A stretch of 64,000 nt of DNA, taken from assembly GCA_043813075.1 (NCBI GenBank), contig JBDRLL010000020.1, forward strand, positions 25,822 to 89,821, in the 5' to 3' direction. Shown here piece after piece: positions 53,268-64,000 of the stretch (positions within the stretch are counted from its first letter, which is position 1; each line of letters starts with the position of its first letter). Under the pieces are notes generated by a model that saw only the letters and a list, made by a program, of their open reading frames with translations, was not told the DNA's origin and ran no database searches. The stretch comes from Candidatus Altiarchaeota archaeon. Lineage in GTDB: Archaea > Altiarchaeota > Altiarchaeia > IMC4 > SCGC-AAA252-I15. The position numbers and the translations under genes were made by a program.

Positions 53268-56200
53268 ATGCCCAAGAGGACTGACTTGAGGAAGATAATG
53301 ATTATCGGTTCCGGGCCCATAATAATCGGGCAGGCCGCGGAGTTCGACTACTCCGGCAGCCAGGCGTGCAAGGCATTGAGGGATGAGGGATATGAGGTGG
53401 TGCTCGTCAACTCCAATCCCGCCACCATCATGACAGACCCGGAGATGGCTGACCGCACTTACGTGGAGCCGTTGACTGTGGAGTCGCTCTCAAGGATAAT
53501 AGCGTGCGAGAAGCCTGACGCGATACTCCCAACGCTCGGCGGGCAGACTGCCCTAAACCTGGCCATACAGTTGGGTGACTCCGGGGTTTTGGACGAGCAT
53601 GGCGTGGAACTGATAGGTGCTAGCCTCGAAGCCATAAAGAAGGCTGAAGACAGGGAGCTTTTCAAGGCCGCGATGCAGAAGATAGGTCTGGAGGTCCCCA
53701 AGAGTGGTGTAGCCCACAACGTTGACGATGCATTACGGATAGTTGAGGAGATAGGATATCCGATAGTGGCACGTCCCGCATTCACTCTCGGAGGCACCGG
53801 CGGTGGCATAGCGTACAATCAGGAAGAGCTTATCGAGGTTGTAAAGAATGGCCTAAGCCTCTCAATGATAGGTCAGGTCCTCCTGGAGGAGGGTCTCGTA
53901 GGGTGGAAGGAGTTTGAGTACGAGGTCATGCGGGATGCCGCGGATAATGTCGTCATAATATGCTCTATAGAGAACTTCGATCCCATGGGAATACACACCG
54001 GGGATAGTATAACAGTCGCGCCAGCCCAGACGTTGACTGACGTGGAGTATCAGCGTCTCAGGGATGCTTCCATAGCAGTCATCCGCGAGATCGGTGTTGA
54101 CACCGGAGGCTCCAACATACAGTTCGCACTCCACCCCCGCTCGGACAGGCTTGTCGTGATAGAGATGAACCCCCGGGTCAGCAGGTCATCCTCTCTCGCT
54201 TCGAAGGCCACAGGCTTTCCGATAGCGAAGATAGCTGCAAAACTTGCTGTAGGCTACACTCTAGATGAGATTCCTAACGACATAACACGTGAGACTCCCT
54301 CGAGTTTCGAGCCTACCATAGATTATGTCGTCGTGAAGTTCCCACGGTTCGCTTTCGACAAGTTCCCTAAGGCAGATGCGAGGCTGGTAACCCAGATGAA
54401 GAGCGTCGGGGAAGTCATGTCAATCGGCAGGACCTTCGAGGAGTCTTTGCAGAAGGCTTTGAGGTCTCTTGAGGTAAAGCGTTTCGGATTGGCTGAAGGC
54501 AAGGAAAACTCCTTCAGTGTTGAGGCATCTCTGCAGGCGCTTGAGAAAGCCACTCCCGACAGGGTCTTCCACATGTACCATGCCCTCAGGGCGGGCGTCT
54601 CAGTAGAGAAGATAAACTCCATGACTGGCATAGACCCCTGGTTCATATGGAAGATAAGGAACATAATCGATGTCGAGGAGGAATTACTCAAGACTTCAAA
54701 GCACACTGCAATCGACGCACTGGATGCGGGCATACTACGGCACTCCAAGCAGGCTGGTTTCTCAGACCATCAGCTGGCATCCATCTTCAACTCAACAGAT
54801 AGGCGGGTTAGGGAGGTCAGGAAGAACGCTGGAGTCAACGCGGTATACAAGATGGTGGACACGTGCGCTGCAGAATTCGACGCTAAAACACCCTACTACT
54901 ACTCAACCTACGAGGATGAGAATGATTCAACAGCAACCGACCGCAAGAAGGTGATAGTCATCGGCTCCGGCCCAAACCGGATAGGTCAGGGAGTAGAGTT
55001 CGACTACTGTTGCGTGCACGCCGTCTTGAGCCTTAAGGAACAGGGGTACGAGGCCATAATGGTGAACAACAATCCTGAGACTGTTTCAACAGACTATGAT
55101 ACGTCAGACCGCCTGTATTTCGAGCCGATAACCGTTGAAGACGTGTTGAACATATGCGAGAACGAGAAGCCTGAGGGTGTCATAGTGCAATTTGGCGGGC
55201 AGACGCCACTCAACATAGCGGAAGAGATAAGCGAGCAGGGCGTGCGGATACTCGGCACTAGTCCTGAGAGCATAAATAAGGCTGAGGACAGGAAGCTATT
55301 CAACGAGATAATACGGGAAGTCGGCATACCACAGCCGGAAGGCACGACAGTCACTTCTGTTGGAGAGGCTATGGAGGCTGCGGAGGTCATAGGCTACCCT
55401 CTCATGGTTCGTCCGTCGTTTGTGCTGGGCGGGAGGGGCATGGCGATAATATATGATGAGTCGATGCTTTTAGGATACGCTAAGACTGCTGTTGAAGTGA
55501 CTCCAGAGCATCCCATGCTTATGGACAAGTTCCTGGATGACGCGTTAGAGGTGGAAGTTGACGCCGTCTGCGATGGTGAAGACGTCTACATCGCCGCGAT
55601 AATGGAGCACATAGAACTCGCAGGCATACACTCAGGCGACAGTGCGTGTGTCATACCCTCCCGCAGCATATCCCCGGAGAACATACTTCTCATTGAAGAC
55701 TATACGCGTCAGCTGGCGTTGAAGCTTGACGTCGTCGGATTGATGAACGTCCAATACGCGATACACGACGACACAGTCTACATACTGGAGGCCAATCCCC
55801 GTGCGTCCAGGACAGTCCCGTATGTGAGCAAGGTCACGGGCGTGCCGATAGCGAAGATGGCGACCAAGGTGATAATGGGCGCGAAACTCAGGGATCTGGT
55901 GGACTTTAGGAAGATGGGTTTACGATATCATGCTGTCAAGGAGGCTGTGTTCTCATTCGACAAATTCCCTGATGTTGACCCAGTGTTAGGGCCTGAAATG
56001 AAGTCCACTGGAGAAGTCATGGGCATAGACGAGTCTTTCGGGCTCGCATTCTACAAGGCGCTGGTCGCGTCAGGCAACAGGATACCCCTGGAAGGTACCG
56101 TACTTTTCTCCATAGCAGACAGGGATAAGAAGAAGATGCTGGACGTCGCCAGGAGGATGAGGTCTCTGGGATACGACATAACCGCCACCCGGGGGACTAA

Positions 56201-56492
56201 AGACTATTTCGAGGAAAACGGTGTTGAATGCGGCCTAGCCAACAAGATACACAATTCCCGGCCCAACATCATCGACGACATGGTGAACAACAAGCTGCAG
56301 ATGGTGGTCAACACTCCTACCGGGCGCAGGGGGCGTGGTGATTCGAGCAGCATACGCAGGACCGCCATACGGCTGAGGATACCGTACATAACGACAACCG
56401 CCGCTGCAGTTGCCGCGGTTGAAGGTCTTGAGGCGTTGAAGGCTTCTGAACTACACGTCAAGCCCATACAAGACTACCATTCTGGCTTATGA
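53268..56492 (+). CDS. carB: Carbamoyl-phosphate synthase large subunit
   Basis: [51 protein letters not shown]-terminal MGS domain. Confidence 0.98.
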   Translation: MPKRTDLRKIMIIGSGPIIIGQAAEFDYSGSQACKALRDEGYEVVLVNSNPATIMTDPEMADRTYVEPLTVESLSRIIACEKPDAILPTLGGQTALNLAIQLGDSGVLDEHGVELIGASLEAIKKAEDRELFKAAMQKIGLEVPKSGVAHNVDDALRIVEEIGYPIVARPAFTLGGTGGGIAYNQEELIEVVKNGLSLSMIGQVLLEEGLVGWKEFEYEVMRDAADNVVIICSIENFDPMGIHTGDSITVAPAQTLTDVEYQRLRDASIAVIREIGVDTGGSNIQFALHPRSDRLVVIEMNPRVSRSSSLASKATGFPIAKIAAKLAVGYTLDEIPNDITRETPSSFEPTIDYVVVKFPRFAFDKFPKADARLVTQMKSVGEVMSIGRTFEESLQKALRSLEVKRFGLAEGKENSFSVEASLQALEKATPDRVFHMYHALRAGVSVEKINSMTGIDPWFIWKIRNIIDVEEELLKTSKHTAIDALDAGILRHSKQAGFSDHQLASIFNSTDRRVREVRKNAGVNAVYKMVDTCAAEFDAKTPYYYSTYEDENDSTATDRKKVIVIGSGPNRIGQGVEFDYCCVHAVLSLKEQGYEAIMVNNNPETVSTDYDTSDRLYFEPITVEDVLNICENEKPEGVIVQFGGQTPLNIAEEISEQGVRILGTSPESINKAEDRKLFNEIIREVGIPQPEGTTVTSVGEAMEAAEVIGYPLMVRPSFVLGGRGMAIIYDESMLLGYAKTAVEVTPEHPMLMDKFLDDALEVEVDAVCDGEDVYIAAIMEHIELAGIHSGDSACVIPSRSISPENILLIEDYTRQLALKLDVVGLMNVQYAIHDDTVYILEANPRASRTVPYVSKVTGVPIAKMATKVIMGAKLRDLVDFRKMGLRYHAVKEAVFSFDKFPDVDPVLGPEMKSTGEVMGIDESFGLAFYKALVASGNRIPLEGTVLFSIADRDKKKMLDVARRMRSLGYDITATRGTKDYFEENGVECGLANKIHNSRPNIIDDMVNNKLQMVVNTPTGRRGRGDSSSIRRTAIRLRIPYITTTAAAVAAVEGLEALKASELHVKPIQDYHSGL

Positions 56493-56494
56493 TA

Positions 56495-57958
56495 TCATCC
56501 CCCGGGCATGGTTTCGTCATAAGAGTCTTTCCTAAGGAAGAAGCTAACCTCGCCTTCACCGCACTTAATGCTTTTACTCACGTATCCTCCATCATGTTCT
56601 GTTATATTCGCTGTGAAAAAAGATACGTAGTCCGGTCTTGCAGCCAGGCCATACTCCAGGTCGCATCTGTCGTGCCCTGGGAGTATGTCAAAGACGCCGA
56701 ACCTTGGTTTTTGACCTGCGACGTCAGGCTCAGTTAGGCCGCACATGTCTATCGTCCTCCTGCCTGAATAGTAGGGTATTATCCCCGCTTCCACGACTGC
56801 TATGGTTGAATTCTCGTCGAGGTTTTCACGGATCCATGATCCAACGCATCTTCTCCCAGCCTCCACATCCGACTTCCAGAAGAACCAGGGTCCAAAGTAA
56901 ACCCAGCTCAACAGCAGGGATAATACGGCCACCAGGATGATGTTGTCAACGGATTCCCTCAGATGCCTGACCGATTTTGCCAGTGCAGGGGCCAGTAGGA
57001 TGACGTACATGCTGAAGTAGGGCACGAATAGTCTCCCAGGCATGTGGTCGCCTCCAATTGCGATGTATGTTGCTGCGCCTGAAAGCACCATCATCTTGAT
57101 GTACGTGTTTCCCCTGCTCTTCATAACCTCTTTTCTGTGTTCGAACGCGTTTATCGAGATGATGGTCAGGTTTAACAGGATGAATGCTGCAAGGAACAAT
57201 GCGCCTCTAATGAAGTAGTCCATCTCCAGAGTTACCTTAGCGTGCACTGTGTTCGGCATTAGCTGCCCGTAGTATGAGATCCTCCAGAGGGAGTATGCCG
57301 CGTATAGCGTCAGAGACGTTAAAACCCATGCCTTCGGAATCCTCTTATCATCCTCCTGGAAGCCTTTACGCCCCATTATGATGTAGTGGAATATTGTCAC
57401 TGCCATTATGATGATGCCGTCTATCCGTGTCAATGCCGTTAGGAACAGTGTTAACGGCAGCATTTGATCGAATATTCCCGTCTTCAGTCCCTTCAAATAC
57501 AGGAAAAAGCTTGAGAGCGATAGAATGGCATAAAGGCCGATCTCCATGCCGCTGACGAACCAGAAGACTATCGACGGGTTGGCTGCTATTATGATGCACA
57601 TGATTATCCTGCTCTCAACAGGCCATCCGAACAGTTCCCTTGAAGATGTGTAGACCAGTCTGATAGAGAGTATGCCCAATAATAATCCTAATGTGATGGA
57701 CGCTAGGTTCAAGTCTAACCCAATAAGTGAAAAAACAGATAGTATCAGCACCCAGAGGAAATTGCTGTACCCCTCAACAATCCTGCCCTCATTGTACGAG
57801 AATCCCCTGTTTTTCGCAAGGTTGTCCGCATACCGGAATGAGATGAACGCGTCGTCAACGGCAGTGAAGTTAAAAAGATATGATAGCGCTAGAGTGTGAA
57901 TTATGAAGACGAGCAATACTATCTGAAGCCCTCTTCCATCGTCTAACCACCTATGCAC
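56495..57958 (-). CDS. GT-C-like multi-pass membrane glycosyltransferase
   Basis: DDAFISFRYADNLA..G..YN....VEGYSN.LW, SGME, TRIDG, YYG..MPNT..AK, AGIIPYYS, DMCGL. Confidence 0.75.
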   Translation of the reverse strand: MHRWLDDGRGLQIVLLVFIIHTLALSYLFNFTAVDDAFISFRYADNLAKNRGFSYNEGRIVEGYSNFLWVLILSVFSLIGLDLNLASITLGLLLGILSIRLVYTSSRELFGWPVESRIIMCIIIAANPSIVFWFVSGMEIGLYAILSLSSFFLYLKGLKTGIFDQMLPLTLFLTALTRIDGIIIMAVTIFHYIIMGRKGFQEDDKRIPKAWVLTSLTLYAAYSLWRISYYGQLMPNTVHAKVTLEMDYFIRGALFLAAFILLNLTIISINAFEHRKEVMKSRGNTYIKMMVLSGAATYIAIGGDHMPGRLFVPYFSMYVILLAPALAKSVRHLRESVDNIILVAVLSLLLSWVYFGPWFFWKSDVEAGRRCVGSWIRENLDENSTIAVVEAGIIPYYSGRRTIDMCGLTEPDVAGQKPRFGVFDILPGHDRCDLEYGLAARPDYVSFFTANITEHDGGYVSKSIKCGEGEVSFFLRKDSYDETMPGG

Positions 57959-58063
57959 GTAAGAGATGATGATTAAACCTAATTATAGTATCTGAAAATA
58001 AATCCTCCAGCAGCCATCCTGTTACCCACGCTTTTATTATTTTCAGAATTCCCTATTTCTTAC

Positions 58064-58639
58064 ATGCCCGCGTACGACAGGCGTTTCATCGACCAGCAGG
58101 TCAGCTCCTATGAGCGGGAGCTGAGGCTTCCTGAGGTCTGGGATTTCTCAGACAGGACTGCACGGCACCAGCACTTGCTCGATAAGCGGCTCACTTTTGA
58201 GAGCAACTGGATAGCCTTCCGGAGCATAGGGCTCAGTGAAGAGGAGCTGGCTCGCGCCGAACCCATCATGGCGAGGCGGCAGCGCCTCCTGTACATGAGA
58301 CTCAGGATGCATGATGGCGAGATGCTGGCTGAAGACCCCCAGGTATTCGCCAGAGACCATGCGCAGGAAAAGAGGGAAATCCAATCACACTTGGCTTGCG
58401 GGAGGCAGGTTTCTCAGGAAGTCAGTTTCATCATGCAGATAGACTTGGATGATGCAGTCCGTACTGCTGGAAGAATAAGCGAGCGCGACTTCATGTATGC
58501 AGACCACCTCAATTATGCCAACCTGATGCTTACGTTGGGGGACAGGTTCGACGTGTTCAGGCAGGCCCAACAGTACGCCTACGAGTCCCTGCACGACAGG
58601 ACCCTGCGGGTAATGGAGGACCGTAGAGCCGGCCGATAG
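58064..58639 (+). CDS. Orphan hypothetical protein (helical, Arg/Glu/Gln-rich)
   Basis: 191-aa ORF filling the gap after an AT-rich promoter-like region. Confidence 0.6.
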   Translation: MPAYDRRFIDQQVSSYERELRLPEVWDFSDRTARHQHLLDKRLTFESNWIAFRSIGLSEEELARAEPIMARRQRLLYMRLRMHDGEMLAEDPQVFARDHAQEKREIQSHLACGRQVSQEVSFIMQIDLDDAVRTAGRISERDFMYADHLNYANLMLTLGDRFDVFRQAQQYAYESLHDRTLRVMEDRRAGR

Positions 58640-58643
58640 GCTG

Positions 58644-58892
58644 TCACTTCTTAATCTTCTTTACCTCCCCGCCTATGCTCAGCAGCTTTTCAATCTTCTC
58701 CTGGGGTATTACTCCAATCTCTGCCAGACCCCTCAGGAGTATCATCAGGGCTCCGACTTCGTCGATGTTCCCTATGAACGGCAGGTTGTCTGGGATGAGC
58801 TCGAAGATGCCTAGCCCCGGATTCAAAAGGTATATCGCCGACCCGATAACGATGATCTTCCATAAAATACGTCTGCCCATATCACACCTCAA
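58644..58892 (-). CDS. DUF1232 (YkvA) family membrane protein
   Basis: IYLLNP..GIFELIPDNLPFIGNIDE. Confidence 0.85.
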   Translation of the reverse strand: MRCDMGRRILWKIIVIGSAIYLLNPGLGIFELIPDNLPFIGNIDEVGALMILLRGLAEIGVIPQEKIEKLLSIGGEVKKIKK

Positions 58893-59764
58893 GACTCCTG
58901 AATGTCCTTCTTGTAGACTATCGTCCTGTAGGGGAACGGTATTTCAACACCCTCCCGGTCAAACCTCTCCTTAACGCTCTTGTTCAGATCGCATCCCATT
59001 ATGAATGCGGACTTCGGGTCTTTCGACCACACGTATGCCCTCAGGTTGACTGACGAGTCTCCGAAGCCTATCACCCTGACCTGGACTGGAGGCTCGTTTT
59101 TAGCCTTCTCCTCCCGCGTCCTGTTGTCCACATAGTAAGGGTGTTTCATCGCCTCTTCCTGCATTATGGCTATCGCCTTGTTGATGTTCGAGTCGTAGCT
59201 TATCCCTATCTCAACGAACTTGCACACCTTCTCATCCCCTATGTTCGCGTTCTCAATCACTTTTTCGCTTAGGACTGCGTTGGGTATTATCACCCTCTTG
59301 TTCTCATACGTCTTTATCACGGTGTGCCTGAGTGTTATGTCCTCGACTTCCCCGCTTATCCCTGAGTCTATGCGTATCCTGTCTCCCACCCTTATCGGCT
59401 GGAATATGGCGATGAACACGCCGCTTATTATGTTCGAGAAAGCCTGTTGCGAGGCAAATCCTATGACTACCGCCAGGACTCCTGCGCCAGCAAGGATGGA
59501 CACCGACAGAGCCCTCAGTGACGGTATCGTATATATCGCTATGCTTACCCCGATTATGTATACTACTCCTGTTAGACTGTGCTTTATGAACGTGTAGTGG
59601 GTCTTGTCCACCTCAACTATCCTTGAAGACTTTTTCATAACCCTCTCAAATACTCTCACAAGGAACCTGGCTGAAATATAGGTTAACACAATTATCGACA
59701 CCACAGAGAACACTGTCTCGAACTTATCCCAGTACCTCTCCGCGACATCCACCCACTCAAGCAT
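58889..59764 (-). CDS. mscS: Small-conductance mechanosensitive channel
   Basis: AGAGVLAVVIGFASQQAFSNIISG, PIRVGDRI, GEVEDITLRHT, IIPN, EIPFP. Confidence 0.93.
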   Translation of the reverse strand: MLEWVDVAERYWDKFETVFSVVSIIVLTYISARFLVRVFERVMKKSSRIVEVDKTHYTFIKHSLTGVVYIIGVSIAIYTIPSLRALSVSILAGAGVLAVVIGFASQQAFSNIISGVFIAIFQPIRVGDRIRIDSGISGEVEDITLRHTVIKTYENKRVIIPNAVLSEKVIENANIGDEKVCKFVEIGISYDSNINKAIAIMQEEAMKHPYYVDNRTREEKAKNEPPVQVRVIGFGDSSVNLRAYVWSKDPKSAFIMGCDLNKSVKERFDREGVEIPFPYRTIVYKKDIQES

Positions 59765-59814
59765 ATAATCTATTACTACTGCCAGGTTTTTAATTGATTC
59801 CACACCAATATTCA

Positions 59815-60327
59815 ATGATGGAAAGGGTGATGATGGCCATTCTTTCAGCGGCCTTGTTTTTTGGATGCCTGTCGGAAGGCTCGCCTGCTGATGGCAATGT
59901 GGATGTGTCCCAGACCATCATTAATGTTTCCCCGACTACTACTGTTGCTCCATCAGTGACTGAAACAACCACTACTGTTACCGCCACCACAACGACTCTG
60001 GATTCAACGACCACCCTCCTGGCCACCACAACGAGCCTGGTGTTTGATTACGACAGTCTGACGGTCATGATAGCAGGCTGTGACGATGACTACTATCATA
60101 ACGCGATGATTGGGGGTTATGTGACGAACAACGGCGATCGCACCATCCCAAATGTGGATGTCGTAGTATACCTGGAAGACTCTGACGGGCAGGTTCTTGA
60201 TGGGGTGGGGGAGAGAATCATGGTGGAGTCTCTTAAGCCGGGCGAGCGAAGGCAGTTCAAGGCGACCATCATCAAACCCGGGTCTTGGAGTAAATGCCGC
60301 GCGGAAGCTAAGCCTCCCGGCGAATAG
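59815..60327 (+). CDS. Lipoprotein with Thr-rich linker and FxLYD-like domain
   Basis: Lipobox-like FFGC; TTT linker; GYVTNNG...VVVYLEDSDG...LKPGERRQF. Confidence 0.7.
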   Translation: MMERVMMAILSAALFFGCLSEGSPADGNVDVSQTIINVSPTTTVAPSVTETTTTVTATTTTLDSTTTLLATTTSLVFDYDSLTVMIAGCDDDYYHNAMIGGYVTNNGDRTIPNVDVVVYLEDSDGQVLDGVGERIMVESLKPGERRQFKATIIKPGSWSKCRAEAKPPGE

Positions 60328-60347
60328 GCGCATGCTAAAGCATTACA

Positions 60348-61586
60348 TTATAATGCGTTCTTGATAAGGTTTTTTATGAACCTGACTGAAATCCTCTGCT
60401 TGCGTTTTTTCATCACATCCAACGGCACTTTAGGCTGTATGTCGCTCGCAGGCTTCCCCGGCCTGTCGTCGTATATAAATGGCTCCACCCTGCCGAAGGG
60501 TATTTTGTCTATTATGTCTAGTGTCTGTTGGAAGTCTTCCTCGGTCTCACTAGGAAAACCAACTATGATGTCAGTCCTAATCGATATTTCAGGATCCCTC
60601 TCGAGAATCCTCCCCGCCATGTTTATGTACTCGTCTCTGGTATAGTCCCTCGCCATAAGCTTAAGTATCCTGTCGCTCCCCGACTGCAGCGGCAGATGTA
60701 CGCTCACGACCCTGCCCGGGACTATAGCCTCAACGAACTCCTCCAGTTTGTCCTCAAGGCCTATGGGGTTCAGGTTTGGGATGTCTATGGTGAATCCCCC
60801 TCCTATGCTGAATATCGAATTAAGCAGGTCGATGCAGTCTATATCCTTGTCTCTAACGTCTTTCCCGTATGACGCGAAGTCGTCTGATATCACTGTGAAG
60901 TGGTTGTAGCCATTCTCCAGTGCCAGCCGTATTTCGCCGAGTATGGCATCAAGATCCCTGCTTTTGACGTACCCCTTAGCCAGTTTGATGCTGCAGTAAC
61001 TGCAGTTGTTCGTGCAGCCGTCACCGACTATCACGTAATACGCTCCAGGGGAATAGGGTCTAATGGTCTTCAGGAAATTGTCGAGAGCCTTGTTTACCGG
61101 TGGATACAGGTATTTGAAGACTCTGCTGATGGACGAGCATATCCTCTGGTATACCTTCCATCTTCTGATTCTCACGTGCGTAAGTTCGGTGTCCCCGTAA
61201 TAATGCAGCTCATCCTCACGTATCCTCTTAAGCCTCAAGTGTTCCTCCAGCTTATCCTCCTCATTGAATCCGAAGACGAAGCATCCATAGGTATTCCGTA
61301 TCAACTCGCTGTGGGCGAACACTTCACAACCCGAGAGTATGACCTCAGCATCCTCCCTCTTATTCCTCATTATCTCGTCCATACGGTTCCTGAATATCTC
61401 TTCCGCCTTCGAATGTGATATGCACGTGTAGATGAAAATCACTGACGCTTCTCGATAATCATCCGTCTTCTCATAACCATTCCTCTCAAACAACTCCAGG
61501 TAAAGCGAGCACTTGCCTGTCGCTGAATAGCATCCTGGATTTATCGAAGTAGTGTATATCCTATTCCTGTTATCAGAGCCCATCAT
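60348..61586 (-). CDS. MiaB/RimO-like radical SAM protein lacking a TRAM domain
   Basis: UPF0004-type Cys residues (GC, TC, GC), CTNNCSYC, LPLQSGSDRILKLM.R.Y, DIIVGFP.ETEEDF; ends right after the core. Confidence 0.85.
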   Translation of the reverse strand: MMGSDNRNRIYTTSINPGCYSATGKCSLYLELFERNGYEKTDDYREASVIFIYTCISHSKAEEIFRNRMDEIMRNKREDAEVILSGCEVFAHSELIRNTYGCFVFGFNEEDKLEEHLRLKRIREDELHYYGDTELTHVRIRRWKVYQRICSSISRVFKYLYPPVNKALDNFLKTIRPYSPGAYYVIVGDGCTNNCSYCSIKLAKGYVKSRDLDAILGEIRLALENGYNHFTVISDDFASYGKDVRDKDIDCIDLLNSIFSIGGGFTIDIPNLNPIGLEDKLEEFVEAIVPGRVVSVHLPLQSGSDRILKLMARDYTRDEYINMAGRILERDPEISIRTDIIVGFPSETEEDFQQTLDIIDKIPFGRVEPFIYDDRPGKPASDIQPKVPLDVMKKRKQRISVRFIKNLIKNAL

Positions 61587-61679
61587 TATACCCTAGTTAT
61601 TCCACCAAGCATCCTGGTAATTTTAAGTAGTCAATATATTAATTAAACTTAAATAATTGAGAATACCGCCAGTGTTTAC

Positions 61680-62870
61680 ATGAACTTCGGATACTACAGT
61701 AGGGTTCTTAAGATAATAGCGCGCGACCGTCATAAACTGAAGTCGGTATGGCGTCTTAAGACTGGTGGGGAACACAGGTCTGGCAGGTACCTGGGCGATA
61801 AAACAGGTTTTTCCGCACCACCAATAACCGTCGCCATCAGACGCTCCTTCCGATGTAACCTCCACTGCATACAATGCGGCCAATGGGGGGAACACGGTAT
61901 ATTCAAGGACATCGACCCTGATGACCTGTCAAAGAAAGAGCTGACGACCGAGGAGATAAAGCGTTTCATAACTGAGATAGCCCCCTCCAGGCCATATATA
62001 TACTTTACGGGCGGCGAGCCTTTGCTTAACGACGACATCTTCGAGCTAATCGAGCACGCCTCCTCAAACCATCTCATAACCGGCATGAGTTCCAACTCCA
62101 CCCTCCTGGAGGACAGTGCTGAGAGACTCATCGACGCTGGACTCGACTACTACTATGCCAGTCTTGACGCTCCAGGAGACTTGAACGATGAAATACGGAG
62201 GGGTGAGGATACATTTCAAAGGGCTGTGGCTGGGATAAAGAAACTCATCAGATTGCGTGAGGAAAATGGTGTTGGACTCCCAATAGTGCAGGTGCAGACC
62301 ATAATCGTAAAGGAAAATCAGGACAGCCTCTACAGGATGGCGGAGTTTGTTGAAGACGTTATCGGCGCGGACGTGTGGGGTCTGCAGTTGTGTGTTTTCA
62401 CCACCCCTGAGGCAAACAAGCTGACTGAGGAGATATACAAGAGGGAGTATGGTGTCGACGCTGTGTACTGGAGGGGTTTTATCATGGACTTCACTAGTGG
62501 AGTGGACTATGAGAAGCTGGACGAGGAGTTGAAAAACATCAGGGGAAGGAGCTGGAAGTTCAGGCTTCGTTTATACGATCCGCTAACATACGATAATTTC
62601 AACTTCAAGGACTATTTCGAGAATCCTGAGAAGCCAATGACGAACCCTCCTTGCATGTATCCATACTCTTTCGCTCAACTACAGCCTAACGGGGATATAG
62701 CCTTCTGCGGTAGCCAGCCGGACTATGTGATCGGCAACATCAAAGATAATGGTTTCAATGGGATATGGAACAATGAAAAGGCAAGAGACTTCCGGCTTTT
62801 CATGAAAAAATCACCACTACCAGCTTGCTCTCGCTGTTTTGGTATGTACATATTCTCAAAATACAAGTGA
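61680..62870 (+). CDS. Radical SAM/SPASM(Twitch)-domain protein
   Basis: CNLHCIQC, FTGGEPLL, SLD; C-terminal CMYPY..QPNGDIAFC..GNI..IWN..CSRC. Confidence 0.9.
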   Translation: MNFGYYSRVLKIIARDRHKLKSVWRLKTGGEHRSGRYLGDKTGFSAPPITVAIRRSFRCNLHCIQCGQWGEHGIFKDIDPDDLSKKELTTEEIKRFITEIAPSRPYIYFTGGEPLLNDDIFELIEHASSNHLITGMSSNSTLLEDSAERLIDAGLDYYYASLDAPGDLNDEIRRGEDTFQRAVAGIKKLIRLREENGVGLPIVQVQTIIVKENQDSLYRMAEFVEDVIGADVWGLQLCVFTTPEANKLTEEIYKREYGVDAVYWRGFIMDFTSGVDYEKLDEELKNIRGRSWKFRLRLYDPLTYDNFNFKDYFENPEKPMTNPPCMYPYSFAQLQPNGDIAFCGSQPDYVIGNIKDNGFNGIWNNEKARDFRLFMKKSPLPACSRCFGMYIFSKYK

Positions 62871-62876
62871 TTAATC

Positions 62877-64000
62877 ATGAAAGACTACTATAAACGCGCT
62901 TTATGGCTCATACTCAAAAAACCCAGGAAGATACCTGCGTTAATCCGCCTGCAGACTGGCGTAAAAACTGTTTCAATGAGAAAGAAAAAGGATGGCGCTT
63001 CAAAACCTCCAATATCCATAGGAATAGCAGTCACCTACCGTTGCAACCTAAGGTGCATCCAATGTCCCCAATGGGGGGAGAGCGGCTGGCTTAAAGCAGA
63101 CCCGTCTAAGCTATCACGGGAACTTACTACAAGCCAATTCAAGGAATTCATAGATGATGTCGCGCCATTCAAGCCTTACTTCCAGTTCACTGGGGGCGAG
63201 CCTCTACTCAGGGAGGACATATTCGAGATAATCCATTACGCTGACTCCAAGAACCTTGTCACAGGACTTACCACCAACGGCGTGCTTCTATACGAAAACG
63301 CAGATAAAATCGTCAAGTCAGGCCTGGAATACCTGTATGTGAGCCTGGACGGGCCAATTGACGTTAACAAGAAGATAAGGAAGGGCAGTGAGACCACCTC
63401 AATGAAGACTCTTGAAGGAATCAAGGAGGTCATGAGGGCGAGAGAACGCAATAAGTCTATGCTGCCTTTCATTGAAGTCAGGATGACTGTCGTGCCTGAG
63501 AACCAGGACCAGATATATGAAATGGCGGAGTTCGTTGAGGGGGAGATAGGGCCTGACGTATTCTGCGTTATGCCAGAATTTTATTCTACCGGGCATATGA
63601 ATGATGAGACGCGGAGGATATTCAATGATGAGTTCAACACAGACTTGATATCTCTGAAGGGATATGTCAGGGACCTAGCAGGCCTTAAGGCCGAGCATAT
63701 TGAAGAACAGATTTCCAGGGTAAAGGATGGCCGGTGGAGCTTCAGGTTCCGCCTATGCGAGCCTATCGGAAAAAAGGGGTTTAGTTTCAGGGAATACATT
63801 GATACCCCCGAATCGATCATGTGTGGCATAACATCATGCGGCTCGCTATACACTTTCACACTCCTAGAGCCTGATGGTGACATAGTCACTTGCGCGAGCA
63901 GGCCAGACTATGTTGCCGGTAACGTGCTTGAGAATCGCTTTTTGGACATATGGAATGGTGAACGCTACAGGAAATACCGGGTGAGGGTCGAGGGGGGGCT
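62877..64000 (+). CDS. Second paralogous radical SAM/SPASM protein (partial, runs off the window end)
   Basis: Not in the track. MKDYYKRALWL...PPISIGIAVTYRCNLRCIQCPQWGE...FTGGEPLL...SLDG...PDGDIVTC..RPDYVAGN, parallel to the upstream gene. Confidence 0.88.
   Translation, partial: MKDYYKRALWLILKKPRKIPALIRLQTGVKTVSMRKKKDGASKPPISIGIAVTYRCNLRCIQCPQWGESGWLKADPSKLSRELTTSQFKEFIDDVAPFKPYFQFTGGEPLLREDIFEIIHYADSKNLVTGLTTNGVLLYENADKIVKSGLEYLYVSLDGPIDVNKKIRKGSETTSMKTLEGIKEVMRARERNKSMLPFIEVRMTVVPENQDQIYEMAEFVEGEIGPDVFCVMPEFYSTGHMNDETRRIFNDEFNTDLISLKGYVRDLAGLKAEHIEEQISRVKDGRWSFRFRLCEPIGKKGFSFREYIDTPESIMCGITSCGSLYTFTLLEPDGDIVTCASRPDYVAGNVLENRFLDIWNGERYRKYRVRVEGG

Noticed and set aside
334-63889. Numerous 60-200 aa track ORFs antisense to or nested in identified genes (e.g. 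3690-4109, 10475-11023, 32034-32618, 46107-46721)
   Set aside because: Shadow ORFs on the opposite strand or alternate frame of well-supported genes, with no motifs.

Overview
Archaeal chromosomal window, densely coding with many ATGA-coupled operons. Archaeal markers include aIF-2beta, Nop10, Trm1, EgsA, GGGP synthase, geranylgeranyl reductase and an intron-containing tRNA-Cys. FG-GAP proteins, Thr-rich secreted proteins and orphans inserted into conserved operons suggest an Altiarchaeota-like lineage (inference only). Main blocks: partial NurA-like nuclease; trm1/ubiX/HAD genes; an Ehb-type (group 4) energy-converting [NiFe]-hydrogenase operon with a minimal HypA and a maturation protease; GGR plus ferredoxin; a MoxR-DUF58-VWA operon; a preQ0 cluster (queD, queC, queE, GTP cyclohydrolase) with extra genes; glycosyltransferases; dapB, purE, hisH; lipid genes; carAB; and a radical SAM cluster cut by the window end. 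Several real small genes are missing from the ORF track (RanBP2-type zinc finger, ferredoxin, RHH regulator, Nop10). The most unusual signals lie at 44-52 kb: (1) a FecR-like domain genetically split exactly at its Gly|Thr autocleavage position into two separately secreted proteins, one with a Cys-Cys-Cys C-terminal anchor; (2) a secreted protein carrying a eukaryote-type FBA (Fbs1-like) glycan-binding domain; (3) a tRNA-Cys whose BHB intron contains a palindromic element repeated just after the tRNA; (4) a recoded duplicate of the purE 3' end. All family calls come from motif recognition by eye; no database searches were run.
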